Below are positions 19,941 through 30,926 of a stretch of 64,000 nucleotides of DNA, in pieces; position 1 is the first letter of the stretch; every line of letters starts with the position of its first letter. Where the stretch lies: NCBI GenBank assembly GCA_938038975.1, contig CALHVP010000061.1:22329-86328 (forward strand). Direction: 5' to 3'. The notes below the pieces were generated by a model, which saw only the letters and a list, made by a program, of their open reading frames with translations, did no database searches and was not told the origin of the DNA. The position numbers and the translations under genes are program-made. Source of the stretch: an uncultured Maribacter sp. (GTDB taxonomy: Bacteria > Bacteroidota > Bacteroidia > Flavobacteriales > Flavobacteriaceae).

Positions 19941-20543
19941 ATGTGGACATTCAAAAATTTTAATATTGCCGACTGGTTTTCATTTTACCGTGTTGCCGCA
20001 ATACCCTTGTTAATAATACTGTTATGGTACGGAGAACAAAACCTATTCACCTGGTTTTTACTCATTAGCTACAGTACCGATGCCATAGATGGGTATTTAG
20101 CAAGGAAACTCAAAATAACAAGCGCTAGGGGTTCTCAATTAGATTCTATTGGCGACCAGCTAACCTTCGCAATGGGTTTAATGGGTCTTATCGTTTTCGA
20201 GATTACCTTTATAAAAGAGAATATCCTACTCATTCTAGTTGCATTTTTGCCTTACCTCCTTCAAATGGTAATCGCTTTTGTAAAATACGGTAAAGCGACC
20301 TCCTTTCATACCTATCTTGCAAAAGCCTCTGCTGTTGTTCAGGGAGTATTTATTTTATGGCTCTTATTTTTTGGTCCAGTGTATTGGCTCTTCTATTTTA
20401 TGATTGTTCTAGGTCTTTTGGAAACTTTGGAAGAGATTACCCTAATTTTTATGTATGATACTTGGGTAGCCGACGTAAAGGGATATTGTTTTGCGCTAAA
20501 AGATATAAGAAGAGATAATGTAGAAAATACCGTAAAGGAATAA
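19941..20543 (+). CDS. CDP-alcohol phosphatidyltransferase family protein
   Basis: DAIDGYLAR...GSQLDSIGD signature. Confidence 0.9.
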   Translation: MWTFKNFNIADWFSFYRVAAIPLLIILLWYGEQNLFTWFLLISYSTDAIDGYLARKLKITSARGSQLDSIGDQLTFAMGLMGLIVFEITFIKENILLILVAFLPYLLQMVIAFVKYGKATSFHTYLAKASAVVQGVFILWLLFFGPVYWLFYFMIVLGLLETLEEITLIFMYDTWVADVKGYCFALKDIRRDNVENTVKE

Positions 20544-20546
20544 AAT

Positions 20547-21764
20547 ATGCGATCCTACTCTTTTTTTTCAATAGTTCTTCTATGCATGGTACTATTGCTC
20601 ATAGATATCTTAGCTTTTTATTGGTTGTTATCCATCACCCGGCCAATTACATCGATAGTACTTAAAAACAGTATTTATGCGGCCTTTTGGGTTTTTACGA
20701 TTGGTTTGATAACGTCTATTTTACTGCTAAAAATAAAACTGGAATTAGTAGCCCCTGAACGTCAACAGCTTCTAATATCTAGGTTGTACGGGCTTACGGT
20801 ATCATCCTTCATCCCTAAACTGATTTTTGTAGTGGTAATTAGCATCCTTTATTTTACCAATTTTGTGTTTTCCGAAAAAGAGTCCCTGATAGTAATACCA
20901 CTTATTGGTGTTTTTTCTGGTTTTCTCCCTTTTTTTGTGATTCTTTATGCCGTCTTTAGTGCGGTATATCGTTTTAAGGTACATCATGTTAAATTGAAAT
21001 GTGAACAATTACCAATACATTTCAAAGGCTTGCGTATTGTGCATATATCCGACCTTCATTTGGGTAGTTTCAACTTCAAGTACCATACATTAGAAGATGC
21101 CATTAAAAAAATAAACCATCTAAAGACGGATTTTATCTTCTTTACTGGGGATTTGGTAAACAACTTTGCATGGGAACTAAGAGGTTGGGATTCCGTTTTA
21201 AGTCAGTTATCCGCTAAGCTGGGGAAATATGCCGTATTGGGTAACCACGATTACGGGGATTACAGCCAATGGTCGTCCGAAGGCAAAAAAGAACTGAATT
21301 TTAAAAATATCCTAGATTTTTATAAACGAATTGGTTTTAAACTATTGATGAACGATGCGGACCTAATTGAAAAAAAGAATGAAAAGATAGCTATTGTGGG
21401 TGTAGAAAATTGGGGAAATCCGCCTTTTAAACAATATGGGGATTTGAAAAAAGCCTTAAAAAATGTCAGTAATATTTCCTTTAAAATTTTATTATCACAT
21501 GACCCCTCGCACTGGCTAGAGGAAGTGGTATTTCATACAGATATAGCAATTACCCTTGCTGGACATACCCATGGGATGCAGGCCGGTATCAACCTTAATA
21601 ACAAAAAATGGAGCCCTATAAAATATAAATACGAACATTGGGCGGGCTTATATAAACAAGGCTTGCAATACCTATACGTGAACAGGGGTTTGGGATGGAT
21701 GGGCTTTCCAGGTAGATTGGGCATGCGGCCAGAAATCACATTGATTGAACTTGAGAGAGAATAA
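20547..21764 (+). CDS. Membrane-anchored metallophosphoesterase
   Basis: N-terminal TMs; DLH, GDLVN, GNHD, SHDP, GHTHG motifs. Confidence 0.92.
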   Translation: MRSYSFFSIVLLCMVLLLIDILAFYWLLSITRPITSIVLKNSIYAAFWVFTIGLITSILLLKIKLELVAPERQQLLISRLYGLTVSSFIPKLIFVVVISILYFTNFVFSEKESLIVIPLIGVFSGFLPFFVILYAVFSAVYRFKVHHVKLKCEQLPIHFKGLRIVHISDLHLGSFNFKYHTLEDAIKKINHLKTDFIFFTGDLVNNFAWELRGWDSVLSQLSAKLGKYAVLGNHDYGDYSQWSSEGKKELNFKNILDFYKRIGFKLLMNDADLIEKKNEKIAIVGVENWGNPPFKQYGDLKKALKNVSNISFKILLSHDPSHWLEEVVFHTDIAITLAGHTHGMQAGINLNNKKWSPIKYKYEHWAGLYKQGLQYLYVNRGLGWMGFPGRLGMRPEITLIELERE

Positions 21765-21816
21765 TTTTGTTCTGAGAAACCTATATTGAAAAGAACGTAA
21801 AACGAAAAGTAGAATA

Positions 21817-22752
21817 TTGATGGTGTCTATTGTGCGAAATACACTTTCTAAAGCTCTGGCTTTCTTTTTTTTATTCTGTGGATGTGCAACAGGTTGTACT
21901 TTGCCAAAAAACCTTGTGGAAGGCACAAGGAATAGTCCTACTGCTCGGAAATCAGAAGTATACAACACAACTGAAGGCACCACAGCGCTTACAGCCACAG
22001 AAGAATACGGTTCTCATCTGCATGACCAGATTTTTATAAATTCTGATGGCAATACGCCTTTAGTAGGAGTTACCGGAGATACTAGCTTAAACAAAATCAA
22101 AATAAATGGAGAACGTGAAATGGCAACGAAGGATAGTGTTATTAGAATCAGACTTGAAATCGTTGCTGTTTTAGGAATTAAAAGCGCTGTTGCGGATAAA
22201 ATTGTAGAAAATTATTTAAATAGTGAAAAAAAGATACCCGGTGGTCATTGTCTAACCGTAAGCAAAACCCGTTTTGAAAAAGCGTATAAAGAAGTTTATG
22301 GTCATGCACTGTATCAAGATTTACCGGATAGTATGGCCACAAAATCCTTTACCCCTAAACAGGTATTCAATATGCTTTATTCATCTGCGTCAGAGCCACA
22401 ACAAGGATGGCGAAGCCTTCCAGAAAAATATAGAGGTAAAGGTAATGCTGGTGCTATTGCTTATGCCGGTATGGGCACCTTAGTTAATACATTAGAAATT
22501 TGGGGTGGTCAATTAAGACCTGGAGCACTCATGCAAGTCTGGCGGTTTAAAGAAGACTACGAGCAGGTGGTGCGAGGCGTGGATGTTAAAAAATTAGACC
22601 CGTATGGGCATTCCTTCATTTTCATGGGGTATGTACGTGACGAGGATAATACTATTATCGGCATAAATATTGCAGATCAAGGGTTTCAGAGTTATCGTCC
22701 ATTGGTACCTACTGATTATGAAGTCTGGTGGGCAGCTAACCTTAGCATCTAA
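21817..22752 (+). CDS. Hypothetical lipoprotein, possible CHAP/NlpC-P60-like fold
   Basis: Hydrophobic N-terminus with Cys; GGHC ... YGHSFIF ... ADQ possible catalytic pattern. Confidence 0.5.
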   Translation: MMVSIVRNTLSKALAFFFLFCGCATGCTLPKNLVEGTRNSPTARKSEVYNTTEGTTALTATEEYGSHLHDQIFINSDGNTPLVGVTGDTSLNKIKINGEREMATKDSVIRIRLEIVAVLGIKSAVADKIVENYLNSEKKIPGGHCLTVSKTRFEKAYKEVYGHALYQDLPDSMATKSFTPKQVFNMLYSSASEPQQGWRSLPEKYRGKGNAGAIAYAGMGTLVNTLEIWGGQLRPGALMQVWRFKEDYEQVVRGVDVKKLDPYGHSFIFMGYVRDEDNTIIGINIADQGFQSYRPLVPTDYEVWWAANLSI

Positions 22753-22861
22753 GGTGGAAATCGTCAGGTCTCGTATGAAATTTAACGTTCCTTTTGAAAT
22801 TCATTTTGGAATAAACCGTTAGAGCTATTAGAGGTTAACCTTTTATTTAATAAAACTAATC

Positions 22862-23635
22862 ATGTTATTTTTTTCCTTGTTTCTTCTGTTAGGACTTGAT
22901 GTCAACATGCCCCCAAAAATTGAATCGCCTATAGACTATAACATCGTTGAAGAAATACCTGTTTCTAATATTGAAATTATGGTGTTTAATGACACTCTGA
23001 AATCGAAACTAGAAACGAATTTGGACACGATATCCTACGCAGATACCAAAACAGATATTGATCAACTCCGAAAACGTTTAAAAGAAAAACATAAGTTGGA
23101 TAAAATTTCTCTTGACTATATAAAGACAGTATTCACAACTCATTTAGTAGATAAAATAATTCCTCATTGGTACGGTACTCCTTGGAGTTTTGGAGGTCAT
23201 ACTGCTGTACCAAACCAAGGTAAGATTGCATGTGGTTATTTTATCTCTACCACACTACGAGATATGGGCATTAAGCTAAATCGCTATAAATTAGCACAAA
23301 AATCTCCTATAGATGAGGGTAAGGTTATTAGCTGCGGATCAGATATTTATACTGTCGTGCAGGATGTTCCTGAAAAAGCATTTGAAGAAATTGATCGATT
23401 AACTAAAGAAGGACTCCACTTTATTGGATTTGACGAGGGACATGTGGGCTATCTTCTAAAACGCGAGGGTGAATTACTTCTCATTCATTCCAACTATCTA
23501 TCCCCAGTTTCGGTTTGTATAGAACCTCTCAAGGAATCAAGGGTTTTTAAAAGCTTTTCCAAATTCCACCTTGTGGAAATATCTAATAATGATTTCCTAA
23601 TAAAACGTTGGCTTAATAATAGAACCGTGTTGTAA
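22862..23635 (+). CDS. Hypothetical exported protein, NlpC/P60-like
   Basis: WYGTPWSFGG...IACGYF...GHVGYL...IHS pattern. Confidence 0.6.
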   Translation: MLFFSLFLLLGLDVNMPPKIESPIDYNIVEEIPVSNIEIMVFNDTLKSKLETNLDTISYADTKTDIDQLRKRLKEKHKLDKISLDYIKTVFTTHLVDKIIPHWYGTPWSFGGHTAVPNQGKIACGYFISTTLRDMGIKLNRYKLAQKSPIDEGKVISCGSDIYTVVQDVPEKAFEEIDRLTKEGLHFIGFDEGHVGYLLKREGELLLIHSNYLSPVSVCIEPLKESRVFKSFSKFHLVEISNNDFLIKRWLNNRTVL

Positions 23636-23844
23636 TGGATACAAATCCGGGTATTTTATATTCTATTCTTTAAGACTACAGTCAACTTTTCAATATTTAA
23701 AAAATATCATAGGAACTAGATGCTTTTACTCAAGCTATGGTTTAGAACAAATATTTTATGGATAACCAAGATATAATTTGCTTTGGATAGCTTTATACGT
23801 CAGAACATCAATAAAAGCTAGAAACGAACTATTAGGAATAGTAG

Positions 23845-24498
23845 TTACAACTTCTCTCCAAATGCCAAATCACCAGCGTCACCAATACCAGGAAGAATAT
23901 AGCCTTTGGCATTCAGCTCTGCATCAATTGTGGCAATCCATAAATGGGTGTTCTCTGGAAAGACTTGTTTCACATGCGCAATACCTTCTTTTGAACCAAT
24001 AACCGAAATAATATGAATTTGTTTAGGCTTTCCATGGTCTTTTAGTGCATTTAGTACGTTTTCTAAAGTTTTCCCTGTCGCCAACATTGGGTCCGTGAGT
24101 ACTAATATTTTATTTTCCAATGATGGTGCTGCAAAATACTTCACAATAACCTCAAAGGCATCGGCATCCCCACGATGATGTCGGAATGCTGAAATAAAAG
24201 CGTTCTCAGCACCATCAAAATAATTTAACATACCTTGATGCAAGGGTAATCCGGCCCTTAAAACGGAACAGAGCACTAAATTATCCACAGGTAAAGACAT
24301 TTCTTTGCTCCCTAGCGGAGTTTTAACGGTTTTGATATGATACGTCAAGGACTTACTCATTTCATAACTGAGTATTTCACCAATGCGCTCAATATTTCGT
24401 CGAAAACGCATTGAATCTTTCTGGATACCGGTATCCCTGATTTCTGCTATAAACTGATTTAATATGGAATTTCCTTCACTAAAGTTATGAATGTTCAT
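23845..24498 (-). CDS. upp: Uracil phosphoribosyltransferase
   Basis: VLRAGL, DPMLATG, YILPGIGDAGDLAFG. Confidence 0.96.
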   Translation of the reverse strand: MNIHNFSEGNSILNQFIAEIRDTGIQKDSMRFRRNIERIGEILSYEMSKSLTYHIKTVKTPLGSKEMSLPVDNLVLCSVLRAGLPLHQGMLNYFDGAENAFISAFRHHRGDADAFEVIVKYFAAPSLENKILVLTDPMLATGKTLENVLNALKDHGKPKQIHIISVIGSKEGIAHVKQVFPENTHLWIATIDAELNAKGYILPGIGDAGDLAFGEKL

Positions 24499-24535
24499 AA
24501 TAGAGTTTGATTATCTGAAAAATACGATTATTTAG

Positions 24536-24742
24536 TTAAGTACTACAACTTTCCCCACCCTCTTTGACACCCAGCTTGTGTAGAAATTTTTCCATTAAAC
24601 ACCATCGTGTAAATGCTGATTGTAATAAGTTAGCCCCAACGAAAAGGGTAAACCACAACCAATTTATATTAACGTACATAGCTAACAATACGCTAATAAT
24701 AATAAAAGTTCCTGCAATGGCTCTGATATATCTATTTATCAT
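24536..24742 (-). CDS. DUF2892/YgaP-like membrane protein
   Basis: 68 aa, two TMs, GANLLQSAFTRWCLME motif. Confidence 0.85.
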   Translation of the reverse strand: MINRYIRAIAGTFIIISVLLAMYVNINWLWFTLFVGANLLQSAFTRWCLMEKFLHKLGVKEGGESCST

Positions 24743-24761
24743 AATATTAATATCTTAAGGT

Positions 24762-25067
24762 TTAAATAAATTTTTCAATTGGTACCGCAACGGCCCTAAT
24801 GGGGTTGTTCGTTTCCAGATTACTATTAAATTCTTTTATGAGTTTAAAAAGCCCATCAATATTATCATCTTCAGTAAAGGAAAAAAATAAGTTGGATTCC
24901 ACCCCGCTTTTCTGGCTAGGGAACCAACTAGATGAACGTACCACGGCTGTTGGATTTTTATAGCCATCAATATCCGAACCACTAAAGCGATCAATATTCG
25001 CTTCTTTAAAAAGTCGAAACAGGTCTTTCTCAAACGCTTCTACAACGGTTACAATCAGTAGTTTCAT
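24762..25067 (-). CDS. Hypothetical protein, P-II-like fold
   Basis: MKLLIVT...; about 100 aa alpha/beta pattern; follows the RND gene. Confidence 0.6.
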   Translation of the reverse strand: MKLLIVTVVEAFEKDLFRLFKEANIDRFSGSDIDGYKNPTAVVRSSSWFPSQKSGVESNLFFSFTEDDNIDGLFKLIKEFNSNLETNNPIRAVAVPIEKFI

Positions 25068-25078
25068 TGTTATTTGTT

Positions 25079-28000
25079 TTATTTAGTATTCACTTTTGTT
25101 TCAGGATACTTCTTCCGCTCAATCATATAGTATACCAACGGCACAACCAATAAAGTTAATACGGTAGACACGATGGTACCTCCCATGAGTGATATGGCTA
25201 AACCTTGAAAAATAGGGTCAAAAAGGATCACAAAAGCACCAATAACCACAGTCCCTGCCGTTAACAGAATTGGCGTTGTTCGAACGGCACCCGCTTCAAT
25301 GGCGGCTTGCTTTAAGGGTATACCATCCGCTAATCGTAAATTGATAAAGTCGATAAGTAATACCGAGTTACGCACCATTATACCGGCCAAGGCAATCATT
25401 CCTATAAATGAAGTTGCTGTAAAAAATGCCCCCATAATCCAATGCCCCAGAACTATACCGATTAAAGACAATGGAATCGCAACCATCATTACGATTGGGG
25501 CCTTAAAGTTTTGGAACCATCCCACGATTAAAATATAAATCAAGATAATGGCGCCCAAAAAAGCAATACCTAGATCCCGAAATACCTCTAAGGTTATCTG
25601 CCACTCGCCGTCCCATTTTACGGTGTAATTATCTTCAAAATCGGGCTGACCCAAGTAACGTTCCTGCAACTCATAGCCTTGGAGTAATGGAATTTCTTTT
25701 AGCTTCTCCTCCATCCCCAAAATAGCATAGGCAGGACTCTCCAATTCCCCGGCCATATCGGCCAAGACATACACTACTCTTTTTTGGTTCTTTCTAAAGA
25801 AACTCTTAGCACTCGTGGTCTCTTGGATATCTACCAAGTCGATAATAGGGACCATATTACCCATTTTTGACCTTATCTGTAGTTGGGCAATATCGCCAAT
25901 GGTAGATTTTTCTTTTTCGTCCAGAGCCAGGACTAAACCTATTTGCTGGGTAGCATCGGCATCGTATAGGTTAGTTATTGCGCGATTGGACAAAGCCATA
26001 TTCATAGTATGGGCAATTTGCATGGGTGCAACACCATATAACATTGCTTTTTCCTTATCTATGGTGAACATATATTCCCTTTGATCAGCTTCTACCATCC
26101 AATCAATATCTACCACATCTTCGGTGTTGTTAAGAATATCTTGAATATGGTCGGCAATCCGTATCTGCTCCTCATAGTCCGGGCCATATACCTCAGCCAC
26201 AATAGTGGACAAAACAGGAGGCCCTGGAGGTACTTCGACCAATTTTACATTAGCATTATATTTAGCAGCAATACGCTGTATTTCTGGTCGCAACAGTTTT
26301 GCAATATCATGACTTTGAGCACTACGTTCGCCCTTGTCCACCAAATTCACTTGTATATCGGCCATATTGCTACCACCGCGTAAGTCATAATGCCGTACAA
26401 GACCATTAAAGGTAATAGGCGCTGACGTACCTACATAGTTTTGATAGTTGACCACCTCGGGTCGGGTCGCTAAATATTGAGCAATTTCCTTGGCAACAAC
26501 TCCCGTACGTTCTAAGGTGGTTCCTTCCGGCATATCGATTACTACCTGAAATTCGTTTTTATTATCAAAAGGCAGCATCTTCACGGCTACGGATTTTGTA
26601 AAGAACAATACCATAGACCCCATCAGTAAAATAAAAGTACCTCCTAAGAACAACCAACGTTTTTTTGAATTCTCGATCAGAGGTCGCTCAAATCTATCGT
26701 ACAATCTATAAATAAGGGTGTCTTCCAAAGGCTTTTGAACTTTTTCTGGTTGTCCTTTTTTGTCTTTTTCCCGCAAGAAAATATACCCTAAATAAGGTGT
26801 AATGGTCAAGGCCACAAACAAGGACAATATCATGGCTATAGATGCGCCAATAGGCATAGGTGCCATATAGGGCCCCATTAAACCAGATACGAAAGCCATG
26901 GGCAATACCGATGCAATAACCGTGAAAGTGGCTAAAATGGTGGGATTACCCACTTCATTAATGGCATAAAGTGCCGCTTGCTTAAAAGGCAGCCGTTTCA
27001 TCTTAAAATGGCGGTGCATGTTCTCTGCTATAATAATGGAGTCATCCACCACAATACCGGTAACAAATACCAAAGCAAACAGGGTAATCCTATTTAAGGT
27101 ATAATCCAGCATGTAATAACTCAACAAGGTCAGAGCAAAGGTAATAGGTACCGATAAAAACACCACAAGCCCCCCACGCCATCCCATGGCTAGCATGACC
27201 ACAAAAGTAACCGCAATGATAGAGCCAATGAGATGCAACAGTAGTTCCGATACTTTGTGGGAAGCCGTTTCCCCATAGTTTCGGGTCACCTCCACATGTA
27301 CATCATCTGGAATCAAGGTGGTACGCAGGTGGTCTACCTTATCGATAATCACCTCAGCAATGTTCATGGCATCCGCCCCTTTTCTTTTAGCCACGGAAAG
27401 TGTCACCGCAGGATATTCCGACCGGTACTCAGCAGCTTTTTCACTCGCCTGCCCAAAACCTAGGCTTACGTAATTCTGAGGCACTTCCGGACCATCCACG
27501 ATTTGGGCTACCTGTTTCAGGTAAATGGGACGATTTTGCTGTACGCCCACCACAAGGTTTTCCACATCTGTAACCGATGCTAGAAAATTCCCTGTCGTTA
27601 CCAGGAATTCCGTATCATTTTTATCGAAGCTGCCCGCACTTAGCTGTGCATTGTTGGCCCGAATCATTTCAGCTACAGTTAAAAAATCCTGTCCACTGGC
27701 CGCTAGCTTTTCTTTGTCCAACACCACGCGTAACTGGCGGTCCTGACCACCTATTTTATGGGTTATGGCCACATCGTTTACCTTTTTGATCTCGCTTTCC
27801 AGCTCTTGTGCCATTTGGCCTAGTTGGTAACTATCGTAGTGTTCGCTCCAAAACGTCAAACCCAACATCGGCACATCATCAATGGCACGGGTCTTTACCA
27901 ACGGGAAGGTTACTCCTTGCGGCATTTGGTCCATGTGCTTGTTGATCTCGTTGTACAACTTTACAAAAGAACGCTCAATATCTTCGCCTACATAAAACTG

Positions 28001-28294
28001 TACGATTACCATACCCTGTTCCTTCATAGACGTAGAGTAGACATATTCCACCCCTTTAATGTTACTTATCAATTGCTCTAAAGGCTTTATTACACGCGAT
28101 TCAACCTCCGTTGGACTAGCCCCTGGATACCCCACAAAAATATCTGCCATGGGCACATCTATCTGAGGCTCCTCCTCACGTGGTATTAAAAATGAACTGT
28201 ATACCCCAATGACCATAAAAACAATCATTAAAAGCACCGTTAGTTTACTGCTTATGAACATCTTGGCAATCTTGCCTGCTATTCCTTCCTTCAT
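25079..28294 (-). CDS. RND efflux permease
   Basis: 1071 aa; PGASPTEVE, GIVVDDSIIIAEN, RTTPILLT. Confidence 0.95.
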   Translation of the reverse strand: MKEGIAGKIAKMFISSKLTVLLMIVFMVIGVYSSFLIPREEEPQIDVPMADIFVGYPGASPTEVESRVIKPLEQLISNIKGVEYVYSTSMKEQGMVIVQFYVGEDIERSFVKLYNEINKHMDQMPQGVTFPLVKTRAIDDVPMLGLTFWSEHYDSYQLGQMAQELESEIKKVNDVAITHKIGGQDRQLRVVLDKEKLAASGQDFLTVAEMIRANNAQLSAGSFDKNDTEFLVTTGNFLASVTDVENLVVGVQQNRPIYLKQVAQIVDGPEVPQNYVSLGFGQASEKAAEYRSEYPAVTLSVAKRKGADAMNIAEVIIDKVDHLRTTLIPDDVHVEVTRNYGETASHKVSELLLHLIGSIIAVTFVVMLAMGWRGGLVVFLSVPITFALTLLSYYMLDYTLNRITLFALVFVTGIVVDDSIIIAENMHRHFKMKRLPFKQAALYAINEVGNPTILATFTVIASVLPMAFVSGLMGPYMAPMPIGASIAMILSLFVALTITPYLGYIFLREKDKKGQPEKVQKPLEDTLIYRLYDRFERPLIENSKKRWLFLGGTFILLMGSMVLFFTKSVAVKMLPFDNKNEFQVVIDMPEGTTLERTGVVAKEIAQYLATRPEVVNYQNYVGTSAPITFNGLVRHYDLRGGSNMADIQVNLVDKGERSAQSHDIAKLLRPEIQRIAAKYNANVKLVEVPPGPPVLSTIVAEVYGPDYEEQIRIADHIQDILNNTEDVVDIDWMVEADQREYMFTIDKEKAMLYGVAPMQIAHTMNMALSNRAITNLYDADATQQIGLVLALDEKEKSTIGDIAQLQIRSKMGNMVPIIDLVDIQETTSAKSFFRKNQKRVVYVLADMAGELESPAYAILGMEEKLKEIPLLQGYELQERYLGQPDFEDNYTVKWDGEWQITLEVFRDLGIAFLGAIILIYILIVGWFQNFKAPIVMMVAIPLSLIGIVLGHWIMGAFFTATSFIGMIALAGIMVRNSVLLIDFINLRLADGIPLKQAAIEAGAVRTTPILLTAGTVVIGAFVILFDPIFQGLAISLMGGTIVSTVLTLLVVPLVYYMIERKKYPETKVNTK

Positions 28295-28312
28295 GTGTTT
28301 TTGTGTTATTAG

Positions 28313-28407
28313 TTGGGCGTTTCCTCCTGTCGGCGGACGGGCTTTACACTTTTACTCCTCGCCAACTATCGTTGCCTGCGGGGTAACCGTTGCAATCCCT
28401 AACGCAA
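28313..28407 (+). ncRNA. Flavo-1-like structured RNA/repeat element
   Basis: GC-rich TTGGGCGTT...CGGGCTTT...TGCAATCCCTAACGCAA in an AT-rich spacer; ends can pair; resemblance to Flavo-1 is from memory, not from a search. Confidence 0.55.
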
Positions 28408-28412
28408 GCTTT

Positions 28413-29495
28413 TTATTGTATTGAAATATGTGCTCCGTTATACAGCTTTCCTTCAGCCTTAAGTATGTATTGTTCATTTGTGGATAGGCCAGACAGCACC
28501 TCTACTTGATTTCCCACAACTCTGCCCAAACGCAACCATCGTAATAACGCTGTATTCCGTTCACTTACCGTGTAAATACCACTCAATTGGCCATTTTCGA
28601 CTACGGCTTCCAACGGAATCAGTATTGCACTTGAAGCCCCTTTCCCTTCCATAGGAAACTGAACCGTTGCATACATCCCCGATAATACATTAGCATCTGT
28701 TTCCGCTAGTACCACCTTTACCATATACTGTCCGCCAGTGTTTTTAGAAGAAGTACTTACCTCGGTTACACTTCCTTTCACTGTTTTATCCAAGGCTTTC
28801 AAAAGCACTGCTACCTCAGTGTTGTTCTGTATCCCTAATATTTCGGATTCCGGTACCATGGCCATAATCTGGTAGGTTCCAGGCGACTCCATTTCCAGCA
28901 AAGGCATTACCGGGTTTGCCATATCTCCAGCTTTAATAAATTTATTGGTAACTACGCCACTGAAAGGAGCTCGGATATTGGCGTATGATAATTGAGCATT
29001 TACCTCGTTCTTCATTTCTTGGGCGGCACTTAATCGGGCTTTGGCCATTTCGTAATGTGCCGTGATATCATCCAGTTCCTTTTGGGAGGCGCTCTTGTCA
29101 TTAAAGAGTGCGGTAAAGCGTTGATAGTCTTTTTGGGTATTGTTAAAGGCCGCTTGTGCCTCAATAATCCCTGCGTTTACCTGGGCTAGTTTTGCAGAAA
29201 CATCTGCGTTATTAATACTCAACAACAGCTGCCCTTTGGTCACCTTGTCTCCCATATCCACATAAATCTTGTCTACATAGCCCATCATTCTAGTGCTAAT
29301 ATCCGCACTGTTCACCGCTTCGATTTTTCCGCTGACTGACAAAAAATTAGTGTCCGTATTTTGGGACGTCGTCCTTACTTCTACAGAAACGACCGGAGCG
29401 TTGTTGGTAGTTGCTTTTGTTTCTTTGTCGCCACAACTTGTCAAGGCCAGCGTTACCGCCAAAAATGCTGTTGGTATGTATTTTTTATTTTTCAT
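28413..29495 (-). CDS. RND periplasmic adaptor (MFP) lipoprotein
   Basis: Lipobox LTSC; GDKVTKGQLL, IRAPFSGVV. Confidence 0.93.
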   Translation of the reverse strand: MKNKKYIPTAFLAVTLALTSCGDKETKATTNNAPVVSVEVRTTSQNTDTNFLSVSGKIEAVNSADISTRMMGYVDKIYVDMGDKVTKGQLLLSINNADVSAKLAQVNAGIIEAQAAFNNTQKDYQRFTALFNDKSASQKELDDITAHYEMAKARLSAAQEMKNEVNAQLSYANIRAPFSGVVTNKFIKAGDMANPVMPLLEMESPGTYQIMAMVPESEILGIQNNTEVAVLLKALDKTVKGSVTEVSTSSKNTGGQYMVKVVLAETDANVLSGMYATVQFPMEGKGASSAILIPLEAVVENGQLSGIYTVSERNTALLRWLRLGRVVGNQVEVLSGLSTNEQYILKAEGKLYNGAHISIQ

Positions 29496-29559
29496 GGTTG
29501 TAATGGTATTGCTTTTGCTATCTATTTATATTTTTTAATCAAATAATTTATTGTAGAAC

Positions 29560-30873
29560 TTACGGAGTAGTTAAAAATTGAACGTAGACCAGTGCATAAT
29601 TGTGTTGAAAAATAGTAGCATAATATTCCAATTGCTTTTGAGCATACTGGGTTTCTGCGGTTAAGAGATCTGTTGTTTTTTCCAAGCCTTGTTCAAATCG
29701 GTTGGTAAGAATCCTAAGGGATTCTGAGGATTGCTCTAAGGCAAGGGAAGTGAGTTTCAAGTTGTTTTGCGCATCTTGTAGCATACGCATGGCCCTATTA
29801 AGTTCTATCTGACTCTCCGCTTTATACTGTTGTAGTTCTAATGTTGACCTTTCAAATTCTGCCTTACTTTTTTGTGCTTTTCCAAAGCGCTTGCTACCTT
29901 CAAGAATGTTCCATTTCAACTCCGCACCAAACAAATATCCATCCGTATCCCCTTGAAAAATTTCATCATCGTGGAGTTCATACGTTCCAAAAGCATTTAA
30001 ACGAGGTAAGAAAGACATCTTATCCGCTTTATGCATTTGCTGATACGCTTCTGTAGCGGACACCATCGCCTGGATATCGGCCCTATCCTCCGTTACAGAA
30101 GCATTTGCTTGTATCATGGCTTCCACCGGCCATACCATTAAAGTATCCAAGGGCTTTAAAAGCGCATAGCTGGTATCGTTCATTAATACGGATAATTGGT
30201 TACTGGCATTCAGCACGTTACTTTGTGTATATTGCAATTGGTTTTCAACTTCAGCGACCCTTACGTTCACAGCCAAAACATCTGATTTTTGCAGATATCC
30301 CTGTTCAAAGCTGTTATGGGCAATGCGCTGGTTCTCCATAGCAGTTTCTTTCACCTTTTGTAATACAGCTACCGTTTTGTACGCCAACTGCAATTGCATA
30401 TAGGCTTTATCCACCTCCAGTGTTATGTACTGTCCTTGACGTGCCGATTGTAGCTCCATTGCTCTTAATTTGAACTTGGCAGCCTTACGTTGATGCATCC
30501 CATCAAAATTCAAAAGGGGCTGTTCTATGGTAAGCCTCGTGGCATAATCCTCTATTTGTTGTGGATTGTTCAACAAATCGGGATTAAAGTCGTTCGCAGT
30601 TAAAATACCCTGATTCAATTTGGAACCGAAAGCCATCAAAGGATTTGTAGTCGCTATTCCCGTATGGCTAACACCAATCGTTGGAAGGATAATGGCATTG
30701 GTCTGTTTAAAATCTCCCTTAGATATCAATACATCTTGTCGAGCTATTTTTAAGGTGTTATTCCCTTCCTTAACTTTTGCTAAGACTTCCTGTTTCGAAA
30801 TCAGAACTATTTCCTGAGCGTTTGTAAGTAGTTGAAATAGAAATACTACCAGCATGAATATGATGTTTTTCAT
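29560..30873 (-). CDS. TolC-family outer membrane protein
   Basis: Signal peptide, two OEP repeats, first gene of TolC-MFP-RND operon. Confidence 0.92.
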   Translation of the reverse strand: MKNIIFMLVVFLFQLLTNAQEIVLISKQEVLAKVKEGNNTLKIARQDVLISKGDFKQTNAIILPTIGVSHTGIATTNPLMAFGSKLNQGILTANDFNPDLLNNPQQIEDYATRLTIEQPLLNFDGMHQRKAAKFKLRAMELQSARQGQYITLEVDKAYMQLQLAYKTVAVLQKVKETAMENQRIAHNSFEQGYLQKSDVLAVNVRVAEVENQLQYTQSNVLNASNQLSVLMNDTSYALLKPLDTLMVWPVEAMIQANASVTEDRADIQAMVSATEAYQQMHKADKMSFLPRLNAFGTYELHDDEIFQGDTDGYLFGAELKWNILEGSKRFGKAQKSKAEFERSTLELQQYKAESQIELNRAMRMLQDAQNNLKLTSLALEQSSESLRILTNRFEQGLEKTTDLLTAETQYAQKQLEYYATIFQHNYALVYVQFLTTP

Positions 30874-30926
30874 TCGATTACTTTTTTTTAGTTTACTTAT
30901 GCAAAACTATAGGCTTAATGAGGGCT

